DNA of 64,000 nt, taken from the NCBI RefSeq assembly GCF_023055435.1, contig NW_025963890.1, forward strand, positions 37,200,001 through 37,264,000, written 5' to 3'. Under the pieces are notes generated by a model. That model saw nothing but the letters and a program-made list of their open reading frames with translations. It did not search any database and had not been told where the DNA came from. A program made the position numbers and the translations under genes. How positions within the stretch are numbered: the first letter of the stretch is position 1; every line of letters begins with the position of its first letter. This stretch comes from Haliotis rufescens. Taxonomy: Eukaryota. Below are positions 1-11,985 of the stretch, one piece after another.

Positions 1-175
1 ACAAAATTGCGGGTAAAGTCTCTTTGCTACTCAACACTCAATAGCTGTCACTGCCTGCAACATCGTAGGGTTAGAAAATCCAATGAGCATCACAGCAGTA
101 CAGCAGTATTGACATTTATGTCACCCAGACAGGTCACAGTGGCCGTTTTGAATAAATTGAATGAGTAGAATATTG

Positions 176-528
176 CAGGTGAGGTGAAATGGGGTTTAAC
201 GTCGCGTCCAAGATTATTGCACTTATATAGCGACGTGCATGGACGTGTGTGTGATTGTGTGGCTGCTTGTACTAGTCCGGACTGATGCCGATTTATAGTG
301 CTAGCTCACTGAGATACCATGCCGCAGTTAACATGAATACCCCACTCAGACACAGTATACTGACTCCGAGCCGACCACTCCTTGTTTTAGCCCCTTAATG
401 CCGAGCGCCAGACAGGGAAACAACCAGTACTATCTTTAAACGTCTTTTGGTATGACGCGGCCGGGGATCGAACCCCAGACCTTCCGCTCTCCGGGCGGAC
501 GCTCTACCATTAGACCACGGAGGCGGTC
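176..528 (-). mobile_element. tRNA-derived SINE, family A (full length, conserved central domain)
   Basis: Minus-strand head has an A box (GTGGTCTAATGGTAGAGC) and a B box (GGTTCGATCCC). Flanked by an 11-bp TSD gtagaatattg at 165-175 and 529-539. Confidence 0.85.
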
Positions 529-574
529 GTAGAATATTGAAATTATCATTGACTTTATATTACTAAATCAGAGT

Positions 575-840
575 GTGGCCCTGCCGTCGAAGAGGCTGTA
601 ATTCGCTGTGCAGAGTTGCGTCCCTTAAGCACGCCAGAGTTCTATGATTGTAGGTTCGAATCCCGGTTCGCCCCGAATATGTTTCTAGGTTTGTCAGCAC
701 CATACCCGTGATCGTGGGTTTCACCAAAATGCTAAACGTTTTAAAACTGCATCACTTCGGGCTTCCCTCCCACATTAAACTGACACGCCGTGAAATAACT
801 GTTCAAAGCGGCGTTAAACCACACTGACTGACTCACTCAT
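575..840 (+). mobile_element. tRNA-derived SINE, family B
   Basis: B box GGTTCGAATCCC, body shared with copies at 11316, 30246, 35808 and 51621, 3' tail GCGGCGTTAAAC..(ACTC)n. Confidence 0.8.
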
Positions 841-2209
841 ATTTCGGAAATGTCGGCATGTACCAAGGTATCTTTTCTGTAAAAGAGATGACTGATACAT
901 GACGCCAGTCTTGTCAATCGGGTTCATTCAGAATTGTGTACCAGAATCAAGCAAATTTCAAGAGGTTCGAGAGAAGATTTTGTCTATATGTAAGCGTTCT
1001 ACATATCAACATTATGTTGACACAACATGCGTATGTCCACGCTAAAAAGACAAAATGTAAGAACAAATCAAAGTAAAGTAAATTGCGGAAACTAAAGCCA
1101 AACATTAAGAGGAACGTGATTAGGCTGTTCGTGTCTTTGATTATGTGCAAGGTGAATCTAGCTCCGCGTTTATCTTGAATCGGGAAATAATTGACGTCAA
1201 TCTGATCTAGATGTAATGGATGCGAGCATTAGCCCTGGAACTCGGGACTTACCGTCGATGGAGTCACAGAGTTGTTGTTGCCATCGTCGTGATTGAGCCG
1301 GAGTTTGCGATGACCGACCGTTCGCCGGCGAGTCTGTGGTGTCCTATGCCTCAGCAAGTGGCAAGTGAAAAGTGGGTGACCTCTAGATGTGATTGAGAAG
1401 CTGACGGGCAGCGATGGAGAAAGTTGTAGTCCAGATCGATGCCGAACCACCCTTTCCCTGGCTCCCAGCGCTCCTCTCAGTGCTAGTAATTACCACCAGT
1501 CTTGACGAAGAGACGTCGCCAGCTGCACGGCTCCGTATTGGAGCTCCTGATATTGCCCTTGCTCTGACGCGGGCTCAACCGTATCGACCGTACCATTCCA
1601 ATAAACTCACGACAAAGTTGTCGTCCAAAAATTGACGACTAGGGGTTTAAAGAATGGGTTGCAATGTCAATTAGGCGAGAAGAATTGACGTGGTTCGATT
1701 AAATAGTTGTTAATAATGATAGCTCGGATGCTGGGGCTGTCAGACTGCGGTGAGGTATGCACACTCTGGCGTCTTGGTTGCGGGCTGGTCGTATAATGAC
1801 ATCATGTGTCACAACATCGGTGGCACCATGGATTGGAGATGCGTGGGTGGCGCGGAATAAGTACGTGTGTGGTAGTGTGTGGTGGTGGGGGTGTGGTGGG
1901 GGTGTGGTGGGGGTGTAGTGGACCGGGTCTGTGGGTGGGCTGTTGGGGATGGGATGGTTCTCAGGATGGTTGATTGTTTGGTGATGGTGATGGTTGTGAG
2001 GATGGGTAATGATGGGTGATGGGTTCTTTGGAACTTGATGGTTGATGATGGGTTTTTCGGATGTTTTATTGGTGGTAAGGGCGGGTGAAGATTTATATGA
2101 TGGATGAAGGGAGGATGGGTAATTGGTAAAGAAGATGGCCTTGCGGTAATGATGGCATATTATGAACATAGTTGATAGATTGTGGAATGGCTGGCTGGTT
2201 GTGGAGGTG

Positions 2210-4197
2210 GATGATGGGTTGTAAAGACGGGGGATGGGCTGTGAAGACAGGGGATGGGATGTGAAGACGGGGGATGAGTTATGAAGGCGGGTGATGGGTT
2301 GTGAAGGCGGGGGATGGGTTGTGAAGACGGGGGATGGGCTGTGAAGACGGGGGATGGGTTGTGAAGACGGGGGATGGGTTGTGAAGACGGGGGATGGGTT
2401 GTGAAGACGGGGGATGGGCTGTGAAGACGGGGGATGGGTTGTGAAGACGGGGGATGGGTTGTGAAGACGGGGGATGGGCTGTGAAGACGGAAGATGGGCT
2501 GTGAAGACGGGGGATGAGTTGTAAAGGGGGGATGAGTTGTGAAGACGGGGGATTGGTTGTGAAGGCGGGGGATGGGTTGTGAAGACGGGGGATGAGTTGT
2601 GAAGACGGGAGATGGGTTGTGAAGACGGGGGATGGGTTGTGACGGCGGGGGATGGGTTGTGAAGACGGGGGATGAGTTGTGAAGACGGGGGATGGGTTGT
2701 GAAGACGGGGGATGAGTTGTTGAGACAGAGGATGGTATGTGATGCGGGGGATGAGTTGTGGAGACAGAGGATGGGTCGTGAAGACGGAGGATGGGCTGTG
2801 AAGACGGAGGGTAGGGTGTGAAGACGGGGGATAGGTTGTGAAGGCGGGGACAGGTTGTGAAGACAGGGGATGGGTTGTGGAGACGGGCGATAGGTTGTGA
2901 AGACGGGGGTGGGTTGTGGAGACGGGGGATAGGTTGTGAAGACGGGGGATGAGTTGTGGAGATAGAGGATGGGTTAAGAAGACTGAGGATAAGTCGTGAA
3001 GACGGGGAATAGGTTGTGAAGGCGGGGCTAGGTTGTGAAGACGGGGGATGGGTTGTGAAGACGGGCGATAGGTTGTGAAGACGGGGGGTGGGTTGTGAAG
3101 ACGGGGGTGAATTGTGGAGACGGGGGATAGGTTGTGAAGACGGGGGATAGGTTGTGAAGGCGGGGGATAGGTTGTGAAGACGGGGGATAGGTTGTGAAGA
3201 CGGGGGATGAGTTGTTGAGACAGAGGATGGGATGTGAAGGCGGGGGATGAGTTGTTGAGACAGAGGATGGGTTGTGAAGGCGGTGGATGAGTTGTTGAGA
3301 CAGAGGATGGGTTGTGAAGACAGGGGATGAGTTGTTGAGACAGAGGATGGGTTGTGAAGACGGGGGATGAGTTGTTGAGACAGAGGATGGGTTGTGAAGG
3401 CGGGGGATGAGTTGTGGAGACAGAGGATGGGTTGTGAAGGCGGGGGATGAGTTGTTGAGACAGAGGATGGGTTGTGAAGACGGGGGATGAGTTGTTGAGA
3501 CAGATGAGTTGTTGAGACAGAGGATGGGTTGTGAAGGCGGGGGATGAGTTGTGGAGACAGAGGATGGGATGTGAAGGCGGGGGATGAGTTGTGGAGACAG
3601 AGGATGGGTTGTTGAGACAGAGGATGGGTTGTGAAGGCGGGGGATGAGTTGTTGAGACAGAGGATGGGTTGTGAAGACGGGGGATGAGTTGTTGAGACAG
3701 AGGATGGGTTGTTGAGACAGAGGATGGGTTGTGAAGGCGGGGGATGAGTTGTTGAGACAGAGGATGGGTTGTGAAGGCGGGGGATGAGTTGTTGGGACAG
3801 AGGATGGGTTGTGAAGACGGGGGATGAGTTGTTGAGACAGAGGATGGGTTGTTGAGACAGAGGATGGGTTGTGAAGGCGGGGGATGAGTTGTTGAGACAG
3901 AGGATGGGTTGTGAAGGCGGGGGATGAGTTGTTGGGACAGAGGATGGGTTGTGAAGACGGGGGATGAGTTGTTGAGACAGAGGATGGGTTGTGAAGGCGG
4001 GGGATGAGTTGTGGAGACAGAGGATGGGTTGTTGAGACAGAGGATGGGATGTGAAGGCGGGGGATAAGTTGTGGAGACAGAGGATGGGTTGTTGAGACAG
4101 AGGATCGGTTGTGAAGGCGGGGGATGAGTTGTGGAGACAGAGGATGGGATGTGAAGGCGGGGGATGAGTTGTGGAGACAGAGGATGGGTTGTGAAGA
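2210..4197. repeat. G-rich ~20-bp minisatellite (gggatgggttgtgaagacgg) with compound 40/60-bp variants
   Basis: Tandem periodicity is directly visible and explains ORFs 2279..4309 and 3028..4257. Confidence 0.95.
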
Positions 4198-4523
4198 TCG
4201 ATAATGTGTTGTGCGGATTGAACATAGGTTGTAGAAATGGGTGACAGTTCGATGCAAAAACTGGCCGTGTAAATCTAAGGTACGAGGTAACCTGGGATAA
4301 ATTTAACATCGTGCAAGCAATTTAATGTACCCGAAGACTTCAGTTTGTAGAAATCATAGATTTATTGGAGACAAAACTGTAAATTTCTGGACAGTTGAAG
4401 AAGCGAAACATCCGACGATTACACAAGAAGTACAAATACTGCACTGTGCCTCCACGCACTGGGAACAGCTGGGGCAGCTCGAGACTGTGGTGACGCCACA
4501 CGGCATATTCCGATATGGAGATG

Positions 4524-4711
4524 TCAACCTTCTCCGCCACGACAGTGTCTTCGACGCCTGCACCGCTGTAACGAGTTACGACCGCTTCTACACCGGCGCC
4601 GCTTCCTGGTATCAGAGCCACGACCGTGAACTCTCCTTCTCCCGCGCTCCCTCCGCCGCTTCCTACCGTCACGCCACTTCCGCTTATGTCGCTTCCGGCG
4701 CCGACAGGAAT
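4524..4711 (-). CDS. RSPO: R-spondin exon 5: basic C-terminal tail (DSCRRRKRHKRKWRDGRKRRRERGRRR...RGGEG*)
   Basis: Acceptor ttgcAG at 4713-4712; phase 1 matches the TSP1 exon donor; Arg/Lys-rich tail typical of R-spondins; TGA at 4526-4524. Absent from the ORF track. Confidence 0.8.
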
Positions 4712-4729
4712 CTGCAATGGTGGAACTCT

Positions 4730-7700
4730 GGGTCAGCGGAACATATGTCAGGATATGACCACTAGTCAGCGGGACATATGTCTGTATATGAGCACTAGTC
4801 AGCGGGACATATGTCAGGATATGTCCACTAGTCAGCGGGACATATGTCAGTATATGAGCACTAGTCAGCGGGACATATGTCAGTATATGAGCCCTAGTCA
4901 GCGGGACATATGTCAGTATATGAGCACTAGTCAGCGGGACATATGTCAGGATATGACCACTAGTCAGCGGGACATATGTCAGTATATGAACAATAGTCAG
5001 CGGGACATATGTCAGTATATTGGCATTAGTCAGCGAGACAAATGTCAGTAAATAAGCACTAGTCAGCGGAACATATGTCAGTATATGGGCACTAGTCAGC
5101 AGGACATATGTCAGTATATGAGAACTAGTCAGCGGGACATATGTCAGTATATGAGCACTAGTCAGCGGGACATATGTCAGTATATGAGCACTAGTCAGCG
5201 GGACATATGTCAGTATATGAGCACTAGTCAGCGGGACATATGTCAGTATATGAGCACTAGTCAGCGGGACATATGTCAGTATATGAGCACTAGTCAGCGG
5301 GACATATGTCAGTATATGAGCACTAGTCAGCGGGACATATGTCAGGATATGACCACTAGTCAGCGGGACATATGTCAGTATATGAACACTAGTCAGCGGG
5401 ACATATGTCAGTATATGGGCATAAGTCAGCGAGATAAATGTAAGTAAATAAGCAATAGTCAGCGGGACATATGTCAGTATATGGGCACTAGTCAGCAGGA
5501 CATATGTCAGTATATGAGGACTAGTCAGCGGGACATATGTCAGTATATGAGCACTAGTCAGGGGGACATATGCCAGTATATGAGCACTAGTCAGCGGGCA
5601 TATGTCAGTATGTGAGCACTAGTCAGCGGGACATATGTCAGTATATGAGCACTAGTCAGCGGGACATATATCAGTATATGAGCACTAGTCAGCGGGACAT
5701 ATGTCAGTATGTGAGCACTAGTCAGCGGGACATATGTCAGTATATGAGCACTAGTCAGCGGGACATATGTCAGTATATGAGCACTAGTCAGCGGGACATA
5801 TGTCAGGATATGACCACTAGTCAGCGGGACATATGTCAGTATATGAACACTAGTCAGCGGGACAAATGTCAGTATATGGGCATAAGTCAGCGAGACAAAT
5901 GTCAGAAAATAAGCACTAGTCAGCGGGACAAATGTCAGTATATGGGCACTACTCAGCAGGACATATGTCAGTATATGAGGACTAGTCAGCGGGACATATG
6001 TCAGTATATGAGCACTAGTCAGGGGGACATATGTCAGTATATGAGCACTAGTCAGCGGGCATATGTCAGTATGTGAGCACTAGTCAGCGGGACATATGTC
6101 AGTATATGAGCACTAGTCAGCGGGACATATATCAGTATATGAGCACTAGTCAGCGGGACATATGTCAGTATGTGAGCACTAGTAAGCGGGACATATGTCA
6201 GTATATGAGCACTAGTCAGCGGGACATATGTCAGTATATGAGCACTAGTCAGCGGGACATATGTCAGGATATGACCACTAGTCAGCAGGACATATGTCAG
6301 TATATGAACACTAGTCAGCGGGACATATGTCAGTATATGGGCATTAGTCAGCGAGACAAATGTCAGTAAATAAGCACTAGTCAGCGGGACATATGTCAGT
6401 ATATGGGCACTAGTCAGCGGGACATATGTCAGTATGTGAGCACTAGTCAGCGGGACATACGTCAGTATATGAGCACTAGTCAGCGGGACATATGTGAGTA
6501 TATGAGCACTAGTCAGCGGGACATATGTCAGTATGTGAGCACTAGTCAGCGGGACATATGTCAGTATATGAGCACTAGTCAGCGGGACATATATCAGTAT
6601 ATGAGCACTAGTCGGCGGGACATATGTCAGTATATGAGCACTAGTCAGCGGGACATATGTCAGGGTATGACCACTAGTCAGCAGGACATATGTCAGTATA
6701 TGAGCGCTAGTCAGCGGGACATATGTCAGAATGTGAGCACTAGTCAGCGGGACATATGTCAGTATATGAGCACTAGTCAGCGGGACATATGTCAGTATAT
6801 GAGCACTAGTCAGCGGGACATATATCAGTATATGAGCACTAGTCAGCGGGACATATGTCAGTATGTGAGCACTAGTAAGCGGGACATATGTCAGTATATG
6901 AGCACTAGTCAGCGGGACATATGTCAGTATATGAGCACTAGTCAGCGGGACATATGTCAGGATATGACCACTAGTCAGCGGGACATATGTCAGTATATGA
7001 ACACTAGTCAGCGGGACATATGTCAGTATATGGGCATTAGTCAGCGAGACAAATGTCAGTAAATAAGCACTAGTCAGCGGGACATATGTCAGTATATGGG
7101 CACTAGTCAGCGGGACATATGTCAGTATATGAGGACTAGTCAGCGGGACATATGTCAGTATATGAGCACTAGTCAGCGGGACATATGTGAGTATATGAGC
7201 ACTAGTCAGCGGGACATATGTCAGTATGTGAGCACTAGTCAGGGGGACATATGTCAGTATATGAGCACTAGTCAGCGGGACATATATCAGTATATGAGCA
7301 CTAGTCGGCGGGACATATGTCAGTATATGAGCACTAGTCAGCGGGACATATGTCAGGATATGACCACTAGTCAGCAGGACATATGTCAGTATATGAGCGC
7401 TAGTCAGCGGGACATATGTCAGTATGTGAGCACTAGTCAGCGGGACATATGTCAGTATATGAGCCCAAGTCAGCAGGACATATGTCAGCATGTGAGCCCT
7501 AGTCAGCGGGACACATGTCAGTATATCAGCGTCAGCGGGACATATGTCAGTATATCAGCGCTAGTCAGCGGGACATATGTCAGTATATCAGCGTCAGCGG
7601 GACATATGTCAGTATATGAGGACTAGTCAGCGGGACATATGTCAGTATATCAGCGCTAGTCAGCGGGACACATGTCAGTATATCAGCGTCAGCGGGACAT

Positions 7701-7825
7701 ATGTCAGTATATGAGCACTAGTCAGCGGGACATATGTCAGTATATGAGTCAGCGGGACATTCATCCATATATCAGTACTAATCAGCGGGACATATATCAG
7801 TATATCAGTACTACCGGGGCATATG
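4730..7825. repeat. 33-bp minisatellite (actagtcagcgggacatatgtcagtatatgagc) in the last R-spondin intron, with higher-order blocks
   Basis: About 90 tandem units; the TSQRDICQYMS ORFs are interrupted by stops and frameshifts. Confidence 0.97.
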
Positions 7826-7904
7826 TTGAGGATTCATCACGAGTGTTTTTTTTCAATATGGGAAATACCAACCGAGTCTGACTTAATCTGTATTAGACAA
7901 GTTT

Positions 7905-8020
7905 GGTTTGATTTGGTTTGTTTGTTGCTTTACGCCGCACTCAGCAATATTCCAGCTATATGACGGCTATATGGCGGCGGTCTGTAAATAATCGAGTCTG
8001 GACCAGACGATTCAGTGGAA
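7905..8020 (-). mobile_element. 3' fragment of non-tRNA retroposon family D
   Basis: Matches the tail (gccgcactcagcaatattccagctatatgacggc...gtctggaccagac) of the full copy at 52619-52882. Confidence 0.7.
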
Positions 8021-8449
8021 CTTGTGAAACGTGAAACAGATGCCGTATGACTGGAACTTGACTTGGAGGTATTAGTAGATTAATCGTTATTAGACAGTGA
8101 CCTAACCAAACACCATGCTGACACCACACGCAAAATGGATAATTTGAGATGGCTGACTGTTGCCTCCTGGTGGTTTGAACATCACACGTACCGTACACTG
8201 GCCGTTACTGTGAGACTCGGGAGTTTCAGGAACAAATCAAGCTGGTGTGTTACTGTGTGCAATGCGTTTAATGGAATGCTTCCTGAAACTCTTTTGGATG
8301 TTTGTTTGTGCTGAGCAGTATTGATGTGTCAGTAATTATATATTCAAAGAATAGTTGTTCTTGTAACAGGCATCTGTGTGTTTTGATTTGATGGAACATT
8401 GTTTCCGGCAGTAATATGCTTACTTATATCATTGGGTATGACATTGGGT

Positions 8450-8632
8450 TATGTTGACTGATGTGGTCACTATTTGACGATGTTGACTAATGTGGTCACT
8501 ATTTGACGATGTTGACTGATGTGGTTACTATTAGACGATGTTGACTGATGTGGTCACTATTTGATATTGTTGACTGAGATGGTCACTAGTTGACGATGTT
8601 GACTGATGTGGTCATTATTAGATGATGTTGAC
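8450..8632. repeat. 29-bp tandem repeat (gttgactgatgtggtcactatttgacgat)
   Basis: About 6 tandem units. Confidence 0.9.
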
Positions 8633-8848
8633 CTGCCTTTGCGTGTGTTTGTGACGGGTTCCTCCGGTGGGGCAAGATAAGCTCATCTTTGATAGTGATC
8701 CATAAACAAATGGAGATTATATATTAGTAGTCGGTATCGTACCGAGGACTTTTTAGCATAGATTTCTTATGATCATTGACATATGTATATTTTTCGTCGC
8801 TTTTATTTGCATTCCCAGTTTTATCTGAGTTTCTTCTGTTATTCCTTA

Positions 8849-9023
8849 GGGCGTTGGGATATCTAGTGGTTAAATCGTTCGCTCGTCACGCTGAAGACCC
8901 GGGTTCGATTCCCCATATGGGTACAATGTGTGAAGCCCATTTCTGGTGTCCCTTGCCGTGATATTGCTGGAATATTGATAAAAGCAGCGTAAAATCCAAC
9001 TCACTCACTCACTGACTGACTGA
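8849..9023 (+). mobile_element. Short tRNA-derived SINE, family C
   Basis: CTAGTGGTTAA A box, GGTTCGATTCCC B box, (ACTC)n tail, TSD tattcctta at 8840-8848 and 9024-9032. Confidence 0.85.
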
Positions 9024-9112
9024 TATTCCTTATGTACAGATGGTATAAAGATATCTACATCTTGGGGGTAGTTTCGTATTAGAATACAAGAAGGTGACTA
9101 AGGGGGGCTAAC

Positions 9113-9295
9113 CTCTGCAAGCTGCGCGCGCACCTTGGCATCCGCGTCGCTCTCGAAGAGGGGGACACGCTGTTCCCCCATTGGGTGATGGAGACTCTAG
9201 GATGCTCCTGGACCGGACTCGGAAGCGCCGTCGGCGTCCGCATCTACGTGGTCTGCATGCGCTCCACGCTGTCCACGGCCCTACGAGACAGTCCA
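9113..9295 (-). CDS. RSPO: R-spondin exon 4: thrombospondin type-1 domain
   Basis: VDCLVGPWTAWSAC...RSRSILESPSPNGGTACPPLRERRGC shows the WxxWxxC, RxR and CP motifs; acceptor at 9297-9296, donor GT at 9112-9111. Confidence 0.9.
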
Positions 9296-9325
9296 CTGTT
9301 GGAGGAAAGGACATACAATGATGTA

Positions 9326-9393
9326 GTGTGAGTGAGTGAGTGCGTGAGTGAGTGAGTGAGTGAGTGAGTGAGTGAGTGAGTGAGTGAGTGAGT
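9326..9393. repeat. (GTGA)n microsatellite
   Basis: Directly visible. Confidence 0.95.
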
Positions 9394-10202
9394 AAGATTT
9401 ATAGTCGCATCGGCAAAATTTGACCCACAATATGATAAAGGAGACACAAAACAACATGAGCATGTGAAAACGACTCCCTCGCGTGTTAAGACTGATAGTA
9501 AACACTTCATGTACATATAGTGTGCTACATATGTTTTATCGCCGTAATGCCGAGCCCCAGGCAAAATGACAGCAAGTGCCACCTTTTCACGTCTTGACAC
9601 GGCCAGAGGATCGCACTACCGACATTCAGCTATCCTGCCAAACGCACTATCCACAACACGGCATCTTCACGGGGCAGGGGAGTTAACTGACTATAAAAGT
9701 CCAGTTTCCACCCTTGCCGAACTAGGCTAGAATTATAGAGTTGTATTTTGGCTGGACTAACGAGTCAATGCATAGTGCAATCAACATCGCTTAACAAAAT
9801 TGACATCCGGTTCGTAAAGTGCCGTGCAGACTTCAGTCGATTGCAGCATTTGCAAAGCATATGTACCGCCAAGTCGGCGTCAACAGATATTTTCCCAATA
9901 GTTGTTTGTAATCAAGGTGCTCATGTGATTGATGCACTTCGTGAAGTAAGACCTGTTATATCACAATATATAAATTGATTACCGATCAGATCGTCTTGAC
10001 TGGGCGCCGCCATTTTGTTTGACGCAAATGCAAGTGATATGAGAGGCGGAATTTGTATGGTCAATAGGAGGGGCATAGAAGGGACATAACTCGATGCCAA
10101 GAAATTCCAGCCGAGTTCGGCAAGGCTGGACACAGCCAGTGAACTCCCTCGGTTTGAACCGATAGGGAACATTAATGTGCACTGACTGACTGACTGACTC
10201 AC

Positions 10203-10352
10203 CTCTACTTCTACACTCAGACGAGTAGTTGGCGAGGTGCAGGCCGGTGGGGCAGGAGTCGATGCAGTCGCCCCTGTGGGCTATGCGTGGGCGGTAACAT
10301 CGCGTGCAGTACTGGCGTGTGAAGCAGGCCCGGCAGAAACTCACTTGACATT
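10203..10352 (-). CDS. RSPO: R-spondin exon 3: furin-like Cys-rich domain 2
   Basis: KCQVSFCRACFTRQYCTRC...GDCIDSCPTG...SSEC; ctcAG acceptor and gtgagt donor, phase 1/1. Confidence 0.92.
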
Positions 10353-10454
10353 CTGAGAAAACAAAATCATACCCAGCAAAGTCCATCTCAAGTCCGTATT
10401 CTATAACTGACCGTTATACGAGTAGAAATACAATAGATAGACACCAGTTTCAGG

Positions 10455-10960
10455 CTGACAGGTGGACTTTCAGACACACACAGGTGGACCTCCGGGTACA
10501 TACAGGTGGACCTTAAGATACACACAGGCGGACCTTCAGATACATACAGATCGATCTTCAGATACATACAGGTGGACCTCCGGGTACATACAGATACACA
10601 CAGGTTGACCTTCAGATACATACAGATCGATCTTCAGATACATACAGGTTGACCTCACGTCAAGGTGGACCTTCAAATACATACAGATGGACCTTCAGAT
10701 ACATGCAGGTGGACTTTCAGATACATACAGGTGGACCTCACATCCAGGCGGACCTTCAGATACATACAGATGGACCTTCAGATACATGCAGGTGGACCTT
10801 AAGATACACACAGGTGGACCTTCAGATACATACAGACAGACCTTCAGACACATACAGGTGGTTTCAAAGGTATTCTGGTACATGTAAGTTAATTCACAGG
10901 TACATATAGATTAAGTTACAGGTACATACAGGTTGATTTACAGGTACATTCAGACCTCAA
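10455..10960. repeat. ~22-bp tandem repeat (acaggtggaccttcagatacat)
   Basis: Degenerate tandem units in R-spondin intron 2. Confidence 0.9.
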
Positions 10961-11035
10961 GGCAGATATAGGTTAGCTTGAAATTATCTCCAGGTAGGTT
11001 TCCACTGATTCTCCTACCAGCAAGAGGCAACTTAC

Positions 11036-11227
11036 TGACGCATCTGTTGTGAAAGTGTTGGCGGACTCCGAAGTACCCTGGAGGACAGCTGGGCGTGCAC
11101 ATCCCCGTCTGGCGCATGTTCCGGCGGTACAGGAACAGGAAGTAACGTCTCTCGCATGTCACACAGCCGTTGACAGCGGAACACGACGTGCATCCGCGAG
11201 GACACATCGGATAGGGTCCGACCACAG
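11036..11227 (-). CDS. RSPO: R-spondin exon 2: furin-like Cys-rich domain 1
   Basis: CPRGCTSCSAVNGCVTC...FLFLYRRNMRQTGMCTPSCPPGYFG...NRC is the R-spondin FU1 signature; ttcAG acceptor and gtaagt donor. Confidence 0.95.
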
Positions 11228-11315
11228 CTGAAACACACACAGATCATCAGGATACATCTCCAAGCTCCTACCAAATACCAACTGATATTCAATAACGATT
11301 TTCTTTGTTGCAATA

Positions 11316-11578
11316 GGGGCATGAATGGCCTAGTCGTCTAAAGGTGCTGTAATTCGCTGTGCAGAGTTGCGTCCCTTGGACGCCAGAAACCTATGATAAT
11401 GGGTTCGAATCCCGATTTGCCCTGATCATGTTTCTAGGTTTGTCAGCACCATACCCATGCTCGTGGGTTTCACCGAAGTGGTAAACATCTGAGACCTACA
11501 CCACTTCGGTCTTTCCTCCCACTTAAGCTGACACTGGAATACTGTTAAAAGCGGCGTTAAACCCAACTCACTCACTCA
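11316..11578 (+). mobile_element. SINE family B (near full length)
   Basis: Leu-tRNA-like A box TGGCCTAGTCGTCTAA, B box GGTTCGAATCCC, (ACTC)n tail. Confidence 0.8.
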
Positions 11579-11869
11579 TCTTGTAAAAATGTGACAAAAG
11601 AGTTATCTGTACACGAAACAGAGATTTCTTAATTAACAGTTTCATAGAGACCATTTTAAATATATACTCTTTTTGGTGGTCAGTTGTCGGTTTTATAGTC
11701 AAAACATGAAATGGCATACAGTAAACTACAGTAATGACGAACTCAAAGTGACTACTAATTAGTTCTTTATAACTGTAGTTTGTTATAAGCATTTCGACTG
11801 TCAGACATCTTGGATCAAGTCACGTTTCCTCACAAATATGCTCGTTCGTTATATTCATCAATTTTATGT

Positions 11870-11985
11870 GACAGGGTAACGACAAGTACCATATTTTAAC
11901 GTCTTTTGGTATGACGCGACCGGGGATCGAACCCCCGATCTTCCGTTCTACGGGCGGACGCTCTACCACTAGACCACGGACCAAT
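11870..11985 (-). mobile_element. SINE family A 5' fragment
   Basis: Near-identical to 415-520 (tttggtatgacgcg..gggatcgaacccc..ggcggacgctctacca). Confidence 0.75.

Noticed and set aside
2279-4309. 676-aa and 409-aa Pro/Ser/His-rich ORFs
   Set aside because: Translations of a 20-bp minisatellite that cycle through all frames; no domain, signal peptide or splice support.
4325-4765. Plus-strand 146-aa ORF and minus-strand 125-aa ORF
   Set aside because: Shadows of the real RSPO last exon, which uses another minus-strand frame.
4626-7881. (TSQRDICQYMS)n and (AHILTYVPLTS)n ORFs
   Set aside because: 33-bp array within the RSPO intron, with stops and frameshifts.
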